Below are positions 1-13,334 of a DNA stretch of 64,000 nt, one piece after another. Position 1 is the stretch's first letter; the number at the start of each line of letters is the position of its first letter. The notes under the pieces were generated by a model. That model ran no database searches, was not told the origin of the DNA, and saw only the letters and a program-made list of their open reading frames with translations. The translations under genes and the position numbers were made by a program. Source of the stretch: the human T2T-CHM13v2.0 reference genome, Homo sapiens; NCBI RefSeq assembly GCF_009914755.1, contig NC_060937.1; one strand, given 5' to 3'.

Positions 1-329
1 GTTCAATACCCAAAATAAATATTTTCATTTTAAAATAGTCAAAAAGCATGAAGTGAAATAATTACATAATAAAATTGAAATTTTTCTAATACGTATGTTT
101 CTCTAATTGCATAAAATAGACTATTCAATTTTATTTTTAAATTTTTCCACAACACTTGTTTCTTTCTATTATACTACATGAGATATTTGTTTCTTACATA
201 TGCTGTTGATTTTCTCTGTATCTCTACATCTCTATTCATTATCCACCTAATCTTCATTTAGGCAGACGTATTTTGTCTGCTTTTTTCTGACAATACTAGA
301 TGCTATGTTAGTAGAGCCTGGTGATTGAT

Positions 330-620
330 TCTGTGTTAGGCTTATGGTAATTAGAAGGAATTAATGGTGACATCTTAGCTTCTGGTGGTGTGTGTTGCCA
401 TTTAGCATAACTTAGAATGCCAAAGAAGGAGTAAGGTTTCTTGGCAAGACAATGACTTGAGCTTTGGAAGCTTGTATCTGTTGTTCTCGTGGCTCATCTA
501 ATTGTAAATGTCTAATACACTGTTTAAAAAAAGTTTTCTGGGTCTCAGAAAAAAAACCCCAAAGTCTGAGCTGGGCAGTATTGGATGAAGTAAAGTAAGT
601 TCAGATATTGAGATTTGTGT
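330..620 (-). mobile_element. Old L2 LINE fragment
   Basis: Degenerate match to the antisense L2 3' region (gacttgagctttggaagcttgtatctg...catctaattgtaaatgtc...ctgggtctcag); boundaries approximate. Confidence 0.45.
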
Positions 621-940
621 GAAAATAAATTAGTATATTTTAAAATAAAGTATACTAATACATCAAAATATTTGCCTAGGCTTCATTAGTCTAAATATTT
701 GATCCATGAAGGAATTGATTGTGTCTTGTTTACAATTGTTTCTCTGTTTTTATATATAGGAACAAAATTGATAAATGCATGTTGAATAAATAAATGTGTT
801 AGGAAATGAGTATCAATGCTTAGGAGTTATTTTGTTACCACTCAATCTTTAAACATATTTTGTTTTTCTAGATAGGAAACCTAACTCAGGTTAGCACATT
901 CTCATATTCATTCATTGGGCATTTTATATTAAAGCAATCT

Positions 941-1246
941 TTTTTTTTTTTTTTTTTTGAGATGGAGTCTCGCTGTGTTGCACAGGCTGGAGTGCAATGG
1001 CTGGCACGATCTCAGCCAACTGCAACCTCTGCTCCCCCCCGGGTTCACACCATTCTCCTGCCTCAGCCTCCCGAGTAGCTGGGACTACAGGCGCCCGCCA
1101 CCACGCCCAGCTAGTTTTTTGTATTTTTAGTAGAGACGGGGTTTCACCATGTTAGCCAGAATGGTCTCGATCGCCTGACCTCATGATCCGCCTGCCTCGG
1201 CCTCCCAAAGTGTTGGGATTACAGGCGTGAGCCACCGCGCCTGGCT
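941..1246 (-). mobile_element. Full-length Alu, AluY-like
   Basis: Poly-T then antisense Alu body ending gccaccgcgcctggct; Y-type gggttcacaccattctcc and tgttagcca; TSD ttaaagcaatctt at 929-941 and 1248-1260. Confidence 0.95.
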
Positions 1247-1709
1247 GTTAAAGCAATCTTTACAAGTTCTGATAATTTATACAAGTTCTGATATATGGCT
1301 ACCCAATGCTAGTCCAACCCAGGGCCAGAATTCACTGGCTGCTGCTGCATGTACTTGCTGAAACCAGATAAACTGCCTTTTTATTGAAAGTATTATAGAA
1401 ATCAATTTGGGTTTATTATCACATATTTGAGGCTTTTTATCTGTGCTATAACAACAACAACAACAAAAAAATACGGGGAAGGAAGCATGGACAAATAGTA
1501 AATTTAAAGATTAAGCAGAAGGTATTTGTTTTATTTTATTATGAAGTCTTTCTGGGGACCTCAAATTAAAATAAAATTTAATGTAAAACATTTGTTATCA
1601 TATTAGAGTTCCCAGGTATGGAAACATTGATATACACACAAATCACGAACTAACTCAGAGATTACTCACTTAACTTTTATTGCATATATTATACAGCAAG
1701 GACTTCTCA

Positions 1710-1738
1710 TGATCTTAGCCAAAAGGCCGAGAAGCAAT
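1710..1738 (-). pseudogene. 3'-truncated (tailless) U2 snRNA retropseudogene, U2 nt 1-29
   Basis: Reverse complement ATTGCTTCTCGGCCTTTTGGCTAAGATCA matches the U2 5' end at 28/29 (one CpG transition); flanked by direct repeat agcaaggactt at 1695-1705 and 1741-1751. Confidence 0.9.
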
Positions 1739-3559
1739 AAAGCAAGGACTTAAAGTAATAAATGCATAGTTAATTTTATATCTACTATCTGTATTTCTCT
1801 CTTCAGCCAAGAATGCTAAGAAGGTAGTCATGTCAATTGTGGAATCTACTGTGTGATCTGGCAATTTCCTCTTTAAGAATTGGACTTTAACAATCAATTA
1901 GTTTCAAAGAGGCCAGTAAAGATCCAGAGGTTCTAAACACAGAATATTGCACATACTAACTAAAATTTTCAAAGATTGCCTAATAAAATTGTCTTAAATC
2001 TTGCTGAAGAGAACAACAGTTTCCTTTGATTCAATTATCACCTGAAATTATTAGTAGTGCTTTTCAGAATTGTTATCACTCTCTTCCTGACAGAGGAGGG
2101 CACATTTATTCATTTGAGGTATCTCTATGCAGGCCATTACAAGAGAAATAGAATTCAAATGGTTGCCTTAAATTCTTTACAAAGAGACAAAATCAAATTG
2201 AATTAGGATAAGTGCACTTGAATCAAGACAAAGTATAAATAAAATACCTAAAATAATAATACCTAGACTCAAAATTTAAATCATGGCATCATGAGTAGGT
2301 AATACAGTTCTATGTTTAGCACATCAATAAGTTATTACCATATTTAGGAGCTCAGATGGGTGGAAAGATGTAATGTAACACTGTGCTTAACTATCAATCT
2401 AGAATTCAAAGTTACACGTAATTAACTACATCCTTTGACTTTGGTAGCATTATTAAATTTCATAAACCATTTCTTAATATTTTTTAAATTGTATTAGTAT
2501 CATATTAATATGTAAACATGTAATACCCATCAATTTGTAGGTACCCTTATAGCACTTAATTTCATATGTCAAAATCTTGTAAACTTGGTTGTAATGACTG
2601 CAGTGCAAAAGTAATTAAGTGTACCAGACAGCGACATCTAACAGGTAGTCAAAGCATTTCCCATTGTATAATGAGATGAAGCAGAAAGGGTGTATCTTAA
2701 GACAGCGTGCAGAGCAGCCCCATATGCAGAGGAAACAGTGAGGTGAAATTTTCTTCTTTAGAGAAGTCCCAGGAAATGGAAATTTAGCAAGCTTCAGCCT
2801 ACTATGTAGTACATTTTCCATAAATGGAGAATAAAACCTTATTGCTTTAACATGCTTCCAAGCCCCAGTGGAGACAATGAAGTAAAATGATACAAGTTTT
2901 GCAGCAGATTTCAGGGTCCCAGGGAAGTGGAGTTGACTGTCAGGGACAAAGCTGTTTTATTTAAGTAGGAAAAATGAATCATTATCACCTTTGACTAGAA
3001 AAATAACATTATCACCCTCACACATGGAGCACTGAAAACCACCATTTCACAATTCCACTTGTAAGGGATCTACTAAACGTCTTTTGTGTCACATGAAGCA
3101 CACAGGTTTTAATTAACTCCTTGTTGTAGAAGGTACTATCACAGGTATTTGTTTTTTTGGACACACTCATGGAATGTTTCTTTCTGTAGCTACAGAAAGC
3201 CTTCAGTTATCCCATTTTCCAGCAAGATGAGGCCTTGCCTCACTTTCACCATGCAGTCCAGAGATTTCTAATGAACACATTTTTAAATATAGATGGGACA
3301 CTATTCAAAAGATTGACCTGCCTTTGAAACAATGGCTTCCAGATCTCCCAGATATGTGACTATTTATGAAGATGTGTCAAGAACCTCCACATGTTTTCCC
3401 ACTTCTTCCTTGCAGCTCAGAGACATTTTATTCTCTATCCACTAGTTTAATTATGCATATCTTAATTACCTTGTAGGCATTTTGTGAAATGAATAAAATC
3501 ACTCCTAATTTTGTTAATCAAATCACTGTTCGTCTTTAGACAAAAGTTGTGTCCCAAAG

Positions 3560-3980
3560 AAGACATTTTATGCAGCTACCAAGTACTATACGCTGGAGGC
3601 TGAGTTCAAAGTATAAAAACTCTCATTCTCTAATCTTGAGGAGTTAATGATCTTGTATCTAGGCATGGGTGAGTTACTAAAAGAATGAACAAAATTCTGA
3701 AAAATTGAGCAATGAAGTATATACATCATGGACCCGAAGAAAGCACTAGTTTGATCTGCTTGATAGGATTGAGAAAGTTTTAATGTATAAGGTAGAATTT
3801 TAGCTGCAGTTTGGAAGATTAGTCAAATTTAATAACAAAAGAAGAGGTAAATGGTAATTTAACAGAATAGGATGAGCCAGATTTGTCTGTTGTTTTGGTA
3901 TGCAGAGATACAGTTTAAAATCGCATGAAAACCATGCTGGTATAATGAAACTTTTTCTGTAGGCAATGTAAGATTATGTA
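3560..3980 (-). mobile_element. L2 3' fragment
   Basis: Degenerate antisense L2 motifs (cttgaggagttaatgatct, tttagctgcagtttggaagattag); approximate ends. Confidence 0.45.
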
Positions 3981-4319
3981 GAAACATTTATTAGCTTTCT
4001 CATTCAATGCTAACAGGCTAGGGGTGACAAAGGAAAACACAAACCAAAAGAGACAAAGGGGATTGTTATTCTCAAGCAAAGTTCTTGTAATTGTAATTTT
4101 TGTACTTCTACCAATGTTTTCATGTGCTTTAAATTAAGAAACCTATTGTGTTGTACAACCGCTACAAATTGTATTCATTAGGAAAACCTACAATTCGTTG
4201 TGGTTTAATGTGTTTTGTTTTATAATTGTTGCTAAAATAAAATAACTTTTTACATATAAAAGAAATTTTTTATATTAATAAATATCTGTCTAGTCATATT
4301 AGGAAGAATAACAAAATGA

Positions 4320-4515
4320 AAGATAGATTTTGGTTCAGGAAAACTGGGCACACCTGGGTTTCAATACCAACTATTACTTCCACTTGCCATGTGACCATGT
4401 TCAAATTATTTAGGCATTTTAAGTCTTCTTTTTCTCAAGTCCAAAACTGGTTTAAAATTTTTATCTTAGATGTTGTTAAAACTTAAATGAGATAATGTAA
4501 GTAAAGTGTTTGGAA
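4320..4515 (+). mobile_element. MIR SINE
   Basis: cctgggtttcaatacc...gtgaccatg...tttctcaagtccaaaactgg...ttaaatgagataatgtaagtaaagtg, MIR core and tail. Confidence 0.75.
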
Positions 4516-4999
4516 AAAAATACTACTTATTAAACTTTGTTGCAATTTATAAGCTCATGAAAATATCTTTAATATAGAGGGTGACTATCATTCTTGTATT
4601 TAGCATTATATATATTGCAATTTTATTTCCCAGCTTTAGGAGAAACTAAAGCATACTAATATATATTGAATTTCATATATATATGTGGAATATATAGATT
4701 GATTGATTTCCATATATGTGTGTATATATAGAGAAAGAGACAGAGAGAGAGCAAGAGAGAAAATGACAGAGAGACAGAAAAACAAAAAAGTCTATGACCT
4801 GAATTCTGCTATAATTGGTATAGAATACAAAAGACTTAAGCAATTGTACATTACTGTTTCCTTCTCCTCACAAGAAAAATTAAATTAAAAAATTATACTC
4901 ACTTTAAGATCTTATAGTTCAATTTTAACAATTTTTTCCTTTACTTGAAGTTATCATCTTTGAAATTCAATATTGGGGCCCCTGTTGTCATATTTAAAA

Positions 5000-5610
5000 C
5001 TTTGGCAACAGGCTCACAATCTTTTTCTCAACCTTAATTTATTTTATAATCTTTGTTGAAACTTCTAGTGAATGACGCATCCAATTACATACCTCTGTTC
5101 TTGAACCTCTTGTTTCTAATAACTATACCTCACCATCATTTCAGATACCTATTCCAGGGGCATATCTTTTTTATACCTATCACTATTTTAGCTGGAAAAT
5201 CAGTCATGCAAATATTCAATTCCTTAACTCCTTTACTTTCCACCTTACAGCTTATTTGTTCAAATACTCCTACTCTGATTTTATCAGAAGCCTTAATTTA
5301 TTAAGCCATAGGTTATCCCCAATTTCAAAAATCCTCTTCTTAGTATGATTCTTTTTTCAGCTTATATTCCATGGCTCATAATTCAATAAGACTTTTTACA
5401 TTATTCTAAAGGCCCATGCTTTATTTCTTTCCATTATACTAATCTGAAGAAAAAGCTATCTGATTTCTGTCTATATAAAATATCAGGACACATTATTCCT
5501 ACTACAAAATGATCATCCTAAAATTGAAATAATCCCTCATCACTTCAATTCTAGGCAAGATATCTGGTCAACTAATCTTCATTCTATTTCAACTCTTTCA
5601 AAGATTGTTC
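5000..5610 (+). mobile_element. Highly diverged L2 internal fragment
   Basis: Pyrimidine-rich sequence with weak L2 ORF2-like motifs (ctgaagaaaaagctatctgatttctgtc); approximate. Confidence 0.35.
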
Positions 5611-6109
5611 ATACACTTCAAAATCTATTTCTATCTTTTCTATTAGACATGTAGTCATTTTCTCTGAATATCAAATTTATATACATACTTTTACATTTGG
5701 ATGCAATCTGTCCTGTTATAATAAAGTAGCTGTTTCTTCTGCTATCTGATCTTTGTATTGAATTACATATTTTCTTGTCTCTCAAGAAAATTATTCTATC
5801 AATTCTCTCGTCTCTCTCTGTCCTTCTTTTCACCCTGTTTATTTTCTTCCTTTGAAGCTTCCTGAGACATACAATCCTGTTTTACCTTCTATTTCCCCAG
5901 CATATAATAATGCTTATCAATTACAGGTAATATACACTTTCATTTAGTAATAAATGCCAATATAAATAATTTCAAATAAGATACTACACTACTATAAAGT
6001 AGGAAAGTTTAATTGAATGTTAATTCTGTCTTTCAAGAGACTTATGTGTGTGTTCATTAAGCATCAGTTATTGTGAACATTGCACAGATTTATGATTTCT
6101 TTAAGAATT

Positions 6110-8525
6110 CTATTTTAAAATTGTTATTGTGATTAAATAAGTATAAAATAAAATTTTCTATTTTACCTTCTTCTCAATGTATAATTCAGAAGCATGAGTT
6201 GCATTCACAATGTTGTGAAACCATAATCATTACCTATTGTTAAAACTTTTTCATCACTCAAATAGAACTTCATAACAAGCAGTAACTTTCCATTCTCTCC
6301 TCCCTTAGCCTCTGGGAACCTCTAATCTCTTCCTCTATAATTTTATTTGTTCTAGATATTTTATACAAGTGTGTCAGAAAATATTTGTCCTTTTATGTCT
6401 AGCTTTTTTCATTTGGTATAATGTTTTCTAGGTTATACCTGTTATGGCAATACATCAGAACTTCATTCCATTTTCTGGCTGAATAATATTCTACTATATG
6501 TATACATCACCTTTTGTCCATTCATTCATTTGTTGATGAACACCTGGATTGTTTTCATCTTTTGGCTCTGTGAATAATGCCACAATGAGCAGTGACATAC
6601 AAATATGTGAAACTTTGTTTCCATTTTTTGGGGGGTATATAACAGTCTAAAATTGTTTGGGTTATATGGTAATTCTATGTGTAGCTTTCTGAGAGACCAT
6701 AAAACTGTTTTCAACAGTGACTGCACCATTTTACATACCTGCCAGCAAGGTTCAATTGTTCCAATTTCTCCACATCCTTGCCAACACACATTATTTTCTT
6801 TTATTTTATTATAGCTATCCTAGTAGGTATAAAGTAGCATCTTATGGTTTAGATTTCCCTAAAGACTAATAATACTGAACATGTTTGCATGTGCTTATTT
6901 GTATATCTTCTTTGTATAGATGTTTATCATGTCCTTGGGTCATTTTATAAATTGGGTCATATGTTATTTTGTGGAGTTTTAGGAGTTCTTTCTATCTTAG
7001 ATATTTAGTTTCCATAAGATATGTGTTTTAGAGACATTTTATCCCAATCTGTAGCTTTACTTTTTCACTTTCTTGATAATATCCTTTAATAAATAAAATA
7101 TTTTAATTTTGTAAAGTCAAATATATATATTTGACTTTCAAATTTATATACATACTTCTACATTTGGATTCAATCTGTCCTGTTATACATTGCTTTTGTT
7201 TTATACATTGCTGCTGTATTATACATGCTTGTGTATTATACATTGAGAAGAAGGTAAAATAGAAAATTTTATTTTATGCATATTTAACCACAATAACAAT
7301 TTAAAAAATAGAATTCTTAAAGAAATCCTAAATCTGTGTAATGTTCACAATAATTGATGCTTAATGAACAGGTACATGAGTCTCTTGAAAGTCAAGTGTA
7401 CATATATATTTAATTATATATATATATATATTTATATAGTTACTCATGCTTTGGTGTCATATGTAAGAAGCCATTGACAAACCTAAGGCCCAGAATATTT
7501 ATGCCTATGTCTTCTTCTAAAAGTTTTATGACGTTAACTCTTACATTTATGTCATTGATTCATTCTGAGTTAATGTTTTATATGGTGTGAAGTAGGAGAC
7601 CAGCTTCATTCTTCTCAACGTGGAAGTCCAGTTGGCCCAACACCTTTTGATGAAGATGCTGCTTTTCTATTATAGACTTGTCACCCTTTTCAGAAATCGG
7701 CTGCTAATACACACATAAATTTATTTCTGACTCTCAAATATATTGAATTGATCTATATAACTATCCTTATACCAATCTCAAATGGTTTTTATCAGCGCTT
7801 CTTTGTAATAATTTTTAAAATTTAGAAATTGTGAGTCCTCTAAATTTGTTCTTTCTCAAAATTGTTTTGACTATTTGGATCCCCTTGCAATTTCACATAA
7901 CTTAAGGATCAGCTTTTTGCATTTCTGCAAAAAAAAAAAAAAAAGGCTGTTGCAATTTTGATATGGATTGGCTTGAATTTGTAGATAACTCTATGTAGTA
8001 CTGATGTCTTAAAATATTAAGTCTCCGACCCCATGAACACGGGCTGCCTTTCCATTTAAATAAGTGTTTAATTTTTTTCAGCAATGCTTTATATTTTTCA
8101 GTGTATATTAAAATGTTTATTAATCTATTTAACTTTCTTGGTTAAATTTGCTCTAAAGTATTTTAATGTTTTGAATGATATTATAAATTGAATTACTATT
8201 TACATTTCCTTTGCAAATTGTTCATTGCAAATATGTAGAAATACATTCAATTTTTGTGTGTTGATTTTGCACCTGGCAATTGGGCTGAATTTGTTTCTTA
8301 GTAACTATCTTGTGGATTTTGAGAGATTTTTCTGCATATAAGAACATGTCATATGTGAACAGATATATCTTTAATTTTTCCTTTTAAATTGCGGAACCTT
8401 CTATTTATTGTCCTTGCCTACTTGCTCTGTCTAGAACTTCCAATAGAATGTTGAATAGCAATGATGAAAGTGGGCATCTTTGTCTTGTTTCTATCTTAGT
8501 GGGAGACTTTCATTTTGACTTTGGG
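6110..8525 (-). mobile_element. 5'-truncated L1MB-type LINE (end of ORF2 plus 3' UTR), interrupted by a templated insertion at 7121-7395
   Basis: Antisense L1 motifs: cattcacaatgttgtgaaacc, ctgcaccattttacat, ttctccacatccttgccaacac, tagaacttccaatagaatgttgaatag; ORFs 6526-6789 and 7902-8084 are decayed L1 sequence. Confidence 0.9.
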
Positions 8526-10699
8526 TACAATTTAAGGAGGGGAAAAAAAGGAAAAACTGCTTCTTAAAATCTCTTAAAACAAATTTGCTAAATATTTTAT
8601 TACTGATTATGTTTAAATGATGTTTTATATCCTAAAAATTCAGGAACCACGTATTAAAATATTTAAAATGTTAAAATATTAGAACAGTTGCCTAGGACCA
8701 AATTTACCGAACATCAAAAGCTTATAAAAGCTCTTCATTTTATAACTTTCAGGAGGATCTCATGTATCCGAGTGGAAACACTTACATTAATTGTAATACA
8801 ACATCAGTTGTAAGTATTTTCAAGTTCTTAGCAATTTTTGCTGATAATAGATCTTAACAGATATTTCAATTTTTTTTGTTTTGTTGCTCAGCGAATAATC
8901 ATGTATAAAGTTATCCTCACTTCATTGTTAAAGATTAAAATAACTGAAATATTATCTAGGCTTTTATAAAGCACATTAAGATTGCATGCAATGCACTAAA
9001 TTAACAAATATTATTTTTAAGCTATAAAAATAGGTAAAATGATGTAATAAGGGTATCTTAGAGAGTCAGTTGCTTTTATACAAACAATAATGAGCATAGC
9101 TGAATGCGCTGGTTCTCTGAATCCATGATAAAAATAATAGATTTTTATCTTATCCATGGATAACAATCCATGATTCTCTGAATTCACCATGAAAAAACAT
9201 TTTATTAAACTTTAAACTACAAAATACATAAGAAAAAAATGAAAACTTTAGAGATATTAGATAATTAAAATAATTGAAGGCTCTCAAATTCACTAAGCAG
9301 TCTTAGGCATTAAAAAAACAATGGCATGATGCTTTCAATTAGATCAACAAAAGTAAACAAAAAAATAACGTGGTTTGGGGATTCACTTGTGGTTGTAATG
9401 GATAAATTAAAATATCAAAGCTAGTTTCTTCTCATTCAGAGTTGCAAACATTAAAAAACCAAAAGATTATAATAACTAATATGTTAATTAAATATATCTG
9501 TGATTATATAAAACATGTTTCTGTTTGAAAATATTGCTGAAAGTGCACAAATTATTTGTCAACAATTTATTTCCCAAATTAGAATAGTTGTATTACATTC
9601 TGAACAATTTATATGCTTTAAATGTAAAAAATCGATTGTGGTTTAATTTTCAAAATTGCCTCTATGTAAAATTCCAAAGTTGCTTATTTTCTCCTTCAAT
9701 AAAATGATGTAAAGTATTGGTTCACTTAATATTATGAAAGTAAAGAGCATTGCTCACAAGTTGATTGTAGAAGAAAAACATATAGGCAGCTCTCCATATC
9801 ATTGGTCAATATCATATTTTTTTAAAAGATCAGAGTCTGGAAGTATAGATGTAAAGCTGATTTCAATACATCTTGTCTTAAAATCCAGGTTATCTTAGTC
9901 ACCCACTGGAACTTTCCACCTGGGACATGTATATAAATGGATCAGAGTTCCCTTGGCTGATGTAATTTAACCAAATTCTGCACATTTACAACTGACTTTA
10001 TACTAAGCTGTTTGATTTGTCCTTCTTGAATATATTATAGATTATTAAATCTATTTAACATCTAATGTTAATAAGTTTTACAAATAATTCTGTATCACTT
10101 TACTCATCTAATCTAAATGTTTCTCCCATTACAAACTTAAATAAAAATACTCCAGTGTACAGCTTTACTAGAAACTTCATCAAATATCTGACCTTCACAG
10201 ATAAAAAGCTGCATTGGGAACAACATAGGTTTTATTCCTTATAACAGATATAAGATCCTTTAGAATAAAAATTTTATAAGAGAATAATTTAACATATCTC
10301 ATATTATTACCATAACAAGGCAACCCCTTATTAAGGTTTAAAGAATGTCAAAGGAAGCGGGATTCTTTCATTTACATTATATTGCTTAATAATTCTACAA
10401 AATAAGAGAGTATTGTATGGTCGCAGAGGTACAGTAAGAGATTTGAATATACACTTAGACAAACCTTCTAGATATAGGTAAATTTATTTAATTCTCATAA
10501 AATTACCAATGAAGAACTAATCCATTACATAACTCACTTAAATCTTTATAAATTAGCATTTTTGGTATGTGAGTGTTATTTCATATACCAAAAAATATCC
10601 TTTACAATTAATGGCATTGTTTAATACAGTAATTTCAAAAATTGATTCTCACTTATTACAATTATATTAACACTCATGGTAATTCTATGATCATAATCA

Positions 10700-10910
10700 T
10701 GGTAAAATACTTATTGAGAACTGTAAGTTCTAGGCACCGTAGTACATACTTTACAAGTTTTCTCATATGATTCTTAAAAAAACTTAAGTGGTAGCTATTA
10801 TTATGAGCATGTTTTACATATAATCATATAGGCTAAGGTTGTTAAGTATACTTTTTAAGTAACAAAGCTACTAAGTGTTGGAGCAGAGATTCAAATATCA
10901 GTCTGACCCA
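10700..10910 (-). mobile_element. MIR SINE
   Basis: ttattgagaactg...taggcaccgt...ttttacata...ggctaaggttgttaagta...agctactaagtgttggagcagagattcaaa. Confidence 0.75.
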
Positions 10911-10949
10911 ATAAATTGCATAATAAATACAAGTGACAAGGAACTAATA

Positions 10950-11115
10950 TCAATATGTTTTTCAGAATGCAAGCCACAATCTATTAATAGTTCATGAACC
11001 CAACTAAGGCTCATCATCAGTATTCTTTAAAACAATAAAATTTAATAAGTTATAAATATTAGACCATATGATAATAGTAAGGATATAATTGATTCATGAA
11101 TTTATTTTCAGATGT
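10950..11115. mobile_element. Old hAT-Charlie-type DNA transposon fragment
   Basis: ttcatgaacccaactaaggctcatcatcagtatt...tagtaaggatataattgattcatgaa resembles a Charlie-group MER; family not determined. Confidence 0.35.
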
Positions 11116-11944
11116 ATTCTATTGATGAATTAACGCAAAACCAGAGTTAAACATTTTTACAATGCTGAGTTCTATTGACTCCATGAAAGAGTACATGCAC
11201 CATTTAAAAAATTACCAAGTCATCTGCAGAAGGCAAAAAGTCAGTTTTTAAGTGCTAGAAAGTGAGAGTTCATGAATATTGTGCTTATTAAGCATTAAAA
11301 ATTAGTATCCTGGAGAGGATAGAAATCAATTGACCTGCATATAGTTGGATAAAATGAATTTCAGTCTTCATTGATCAGGAAAAAGTCTTCACTTTGTGTC
11401 CAGTAAGGGTTAGTAATCTTGGGGATATTCAATAGTCATGGTCCTTTACAAGCTTTGATTGATTAATTACAGCAGTGGTAAACACAATAATCATTTTTGA
11501 TATTTCATAGGGAATTGCCACTATAGGTTGTATGTTCAAAGTAAGCAACAATTTTCTTATGGTCCTTTCCTTAATCTCTGTTGTAGAGTAATGATACAAG
11601 GAACGATATATGGTTAGATTTTTTTGGTCAATACTTACATCTTGGGTTTAGATTTTTAGTGGATATGTTTTGTTTATCCGTATACCTTCAATTGCACTTT
11701 AATGCACGATCCATAAAATACTCTACTAAAACTGTTAATACCCTGATCACAGCAACAATTAATCATATTCTTTCATTTGTACATGGCTGAATCATTAAAA
11801 AAAGATCCTGCGGGCAGGTGTGTCATATTTTGGAAAACCAATTGGCTTCCTTATTAATTTTACATAGAGTCTTCTTAACCTACAATCAAGGATTTCAAAG
11901 GGTTAAATAATCTATTTACAAGTTAACAAGTTAGCTTGTCACAA

Positions 11945-12400
11945 TTTAATGGACAATGGGAGAAGATAAAATATTTCTAGGTGAGAGACAAAGGACATTA
12001 TTACTGATAATGCTGCAAAAGCAGTAAAAGCATATGTACATTCCTGTCACTTTCCCTTGCCCCAGAGTCCAGTGGGGAGATACATATGGGTTACTTTCCC
12101 TTGCCTCAGAGTCCAATGGGGAGAAACATATGGGCTCAGGTAGAAGCCAGCACACACAGTGAGTTGTGTTCAGAGAGAAGAAGCTGAGCTTTAGGGAATG
12201 TGGATCTCTTATAATGGGTAGGAAGCATATCTACCCTTCACTCTGGAAGGAGACATCCCTTCTATTTTCTAAGGCTCTTAATATGAGACAAACAGCAACA
12301 TGCGACATACATGAAAAATTTTCTCTCAACACTTACCTTGGAGCATTTATCCAAACAAAAACAGGAGACTAGATAGTATAGAAAATATTGTGATAAGTAA
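11945..12400 (-). mobile_element. Probable old LTR remnant containing a 44-bp tandem duplication
   Basis: Local GC increase and LTR-like antisense composition; family not recognised. Confidence 0.35.
12047..12134. repeat. 44-bp tandem duplication (2 copies, 4 mismatches)
   Basis: tcactttcccttgccccagagtccagtggggagatacatatggg vs ttactttcccttgcctcagagtccaatggggagaaacatatggg. Confidence 0.95.
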
Positions 12401-13334
12401 ATTATGTTTTAGAATTGTGAATAAAGTGATTCTGTTGTTCAGTATTCTTGCAAGAAAAATGTGCAAGAAATTTTGTTGAACCTGTATCGCAGGGACAACA
12501 TATGGCTTCCTTTGCTATGATTGCTTCTGTCATAGAGCTTCTATGCAGTATTCAAATATAGGAGTATCAAGGCCAATAAAGAAAACTTCTCAGGAATCAG
12601 CGGATACAAATATTTCTGATACAGCCTGAAAGTTTTATACTTCAACAGGCATGTACATAGATCATGTGAAATGCTACCATTATAGACTTACCAACATTTC
12701 AACAGAGCATATAAACTCTTTTAAGATAGCAGACTTATTTATCTCCACAATCAATATTGTGGTACAATATATCTTGGTGCATACATATGCAAGTCTTAAA
12801 GAGCACAATCTATAGTTTTTGTAGTTATCTGAGGAAACTGAGAGTTGTTTTAACCAAATAATTCTAAATTCACAGCAGGACAAGTATAACTTGTTCAAAC
12901 AGTTCAAGGACATTTTTTTCTTAATTAGTTGAGTGCAAATACGTTGTTAGTGATTTCCTGTGATATGGAGCCATTGTCAATATTTTAAGCTATCTGGCTT
13001 TATAGAAAGAATATTATATTTCAGAACTATGATATTCATGTCATATAAGAAATAAGGTAATAACAGTCATATGCCATAAAATGATGCCTATTTTAACTAA
13101 AGATTTTTTTAGCTAAAAAAAATTGGTTGCTGAAAAGTTTGAGCCTGGAAGAAGTAATTACCAATGTTACTAATGTTGGGCTGATGAGAAAATAAACTTC
13201 TCTGGATGAACCTTATGAAAACTGTAGTTGTAATAATTTTAGCAGAATATTACAATAATAGAAAAAGTATGACAAACTCAACAGCTTAACTTGTGTAGCA
13301 AATTATACCTGCCTTGAATCAAACAAATTATTTG

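Noticed and set aside
1261-1293. tacaagttctgata twice next to the Alu TSD
   Set aside because: Ordinary short slippage duplication; no further structure
2600-2960. Slightly GC-richer unique segment as exon or enhancer
   Set aside because: No splice-site pair or motif cluster I can support without conservation data
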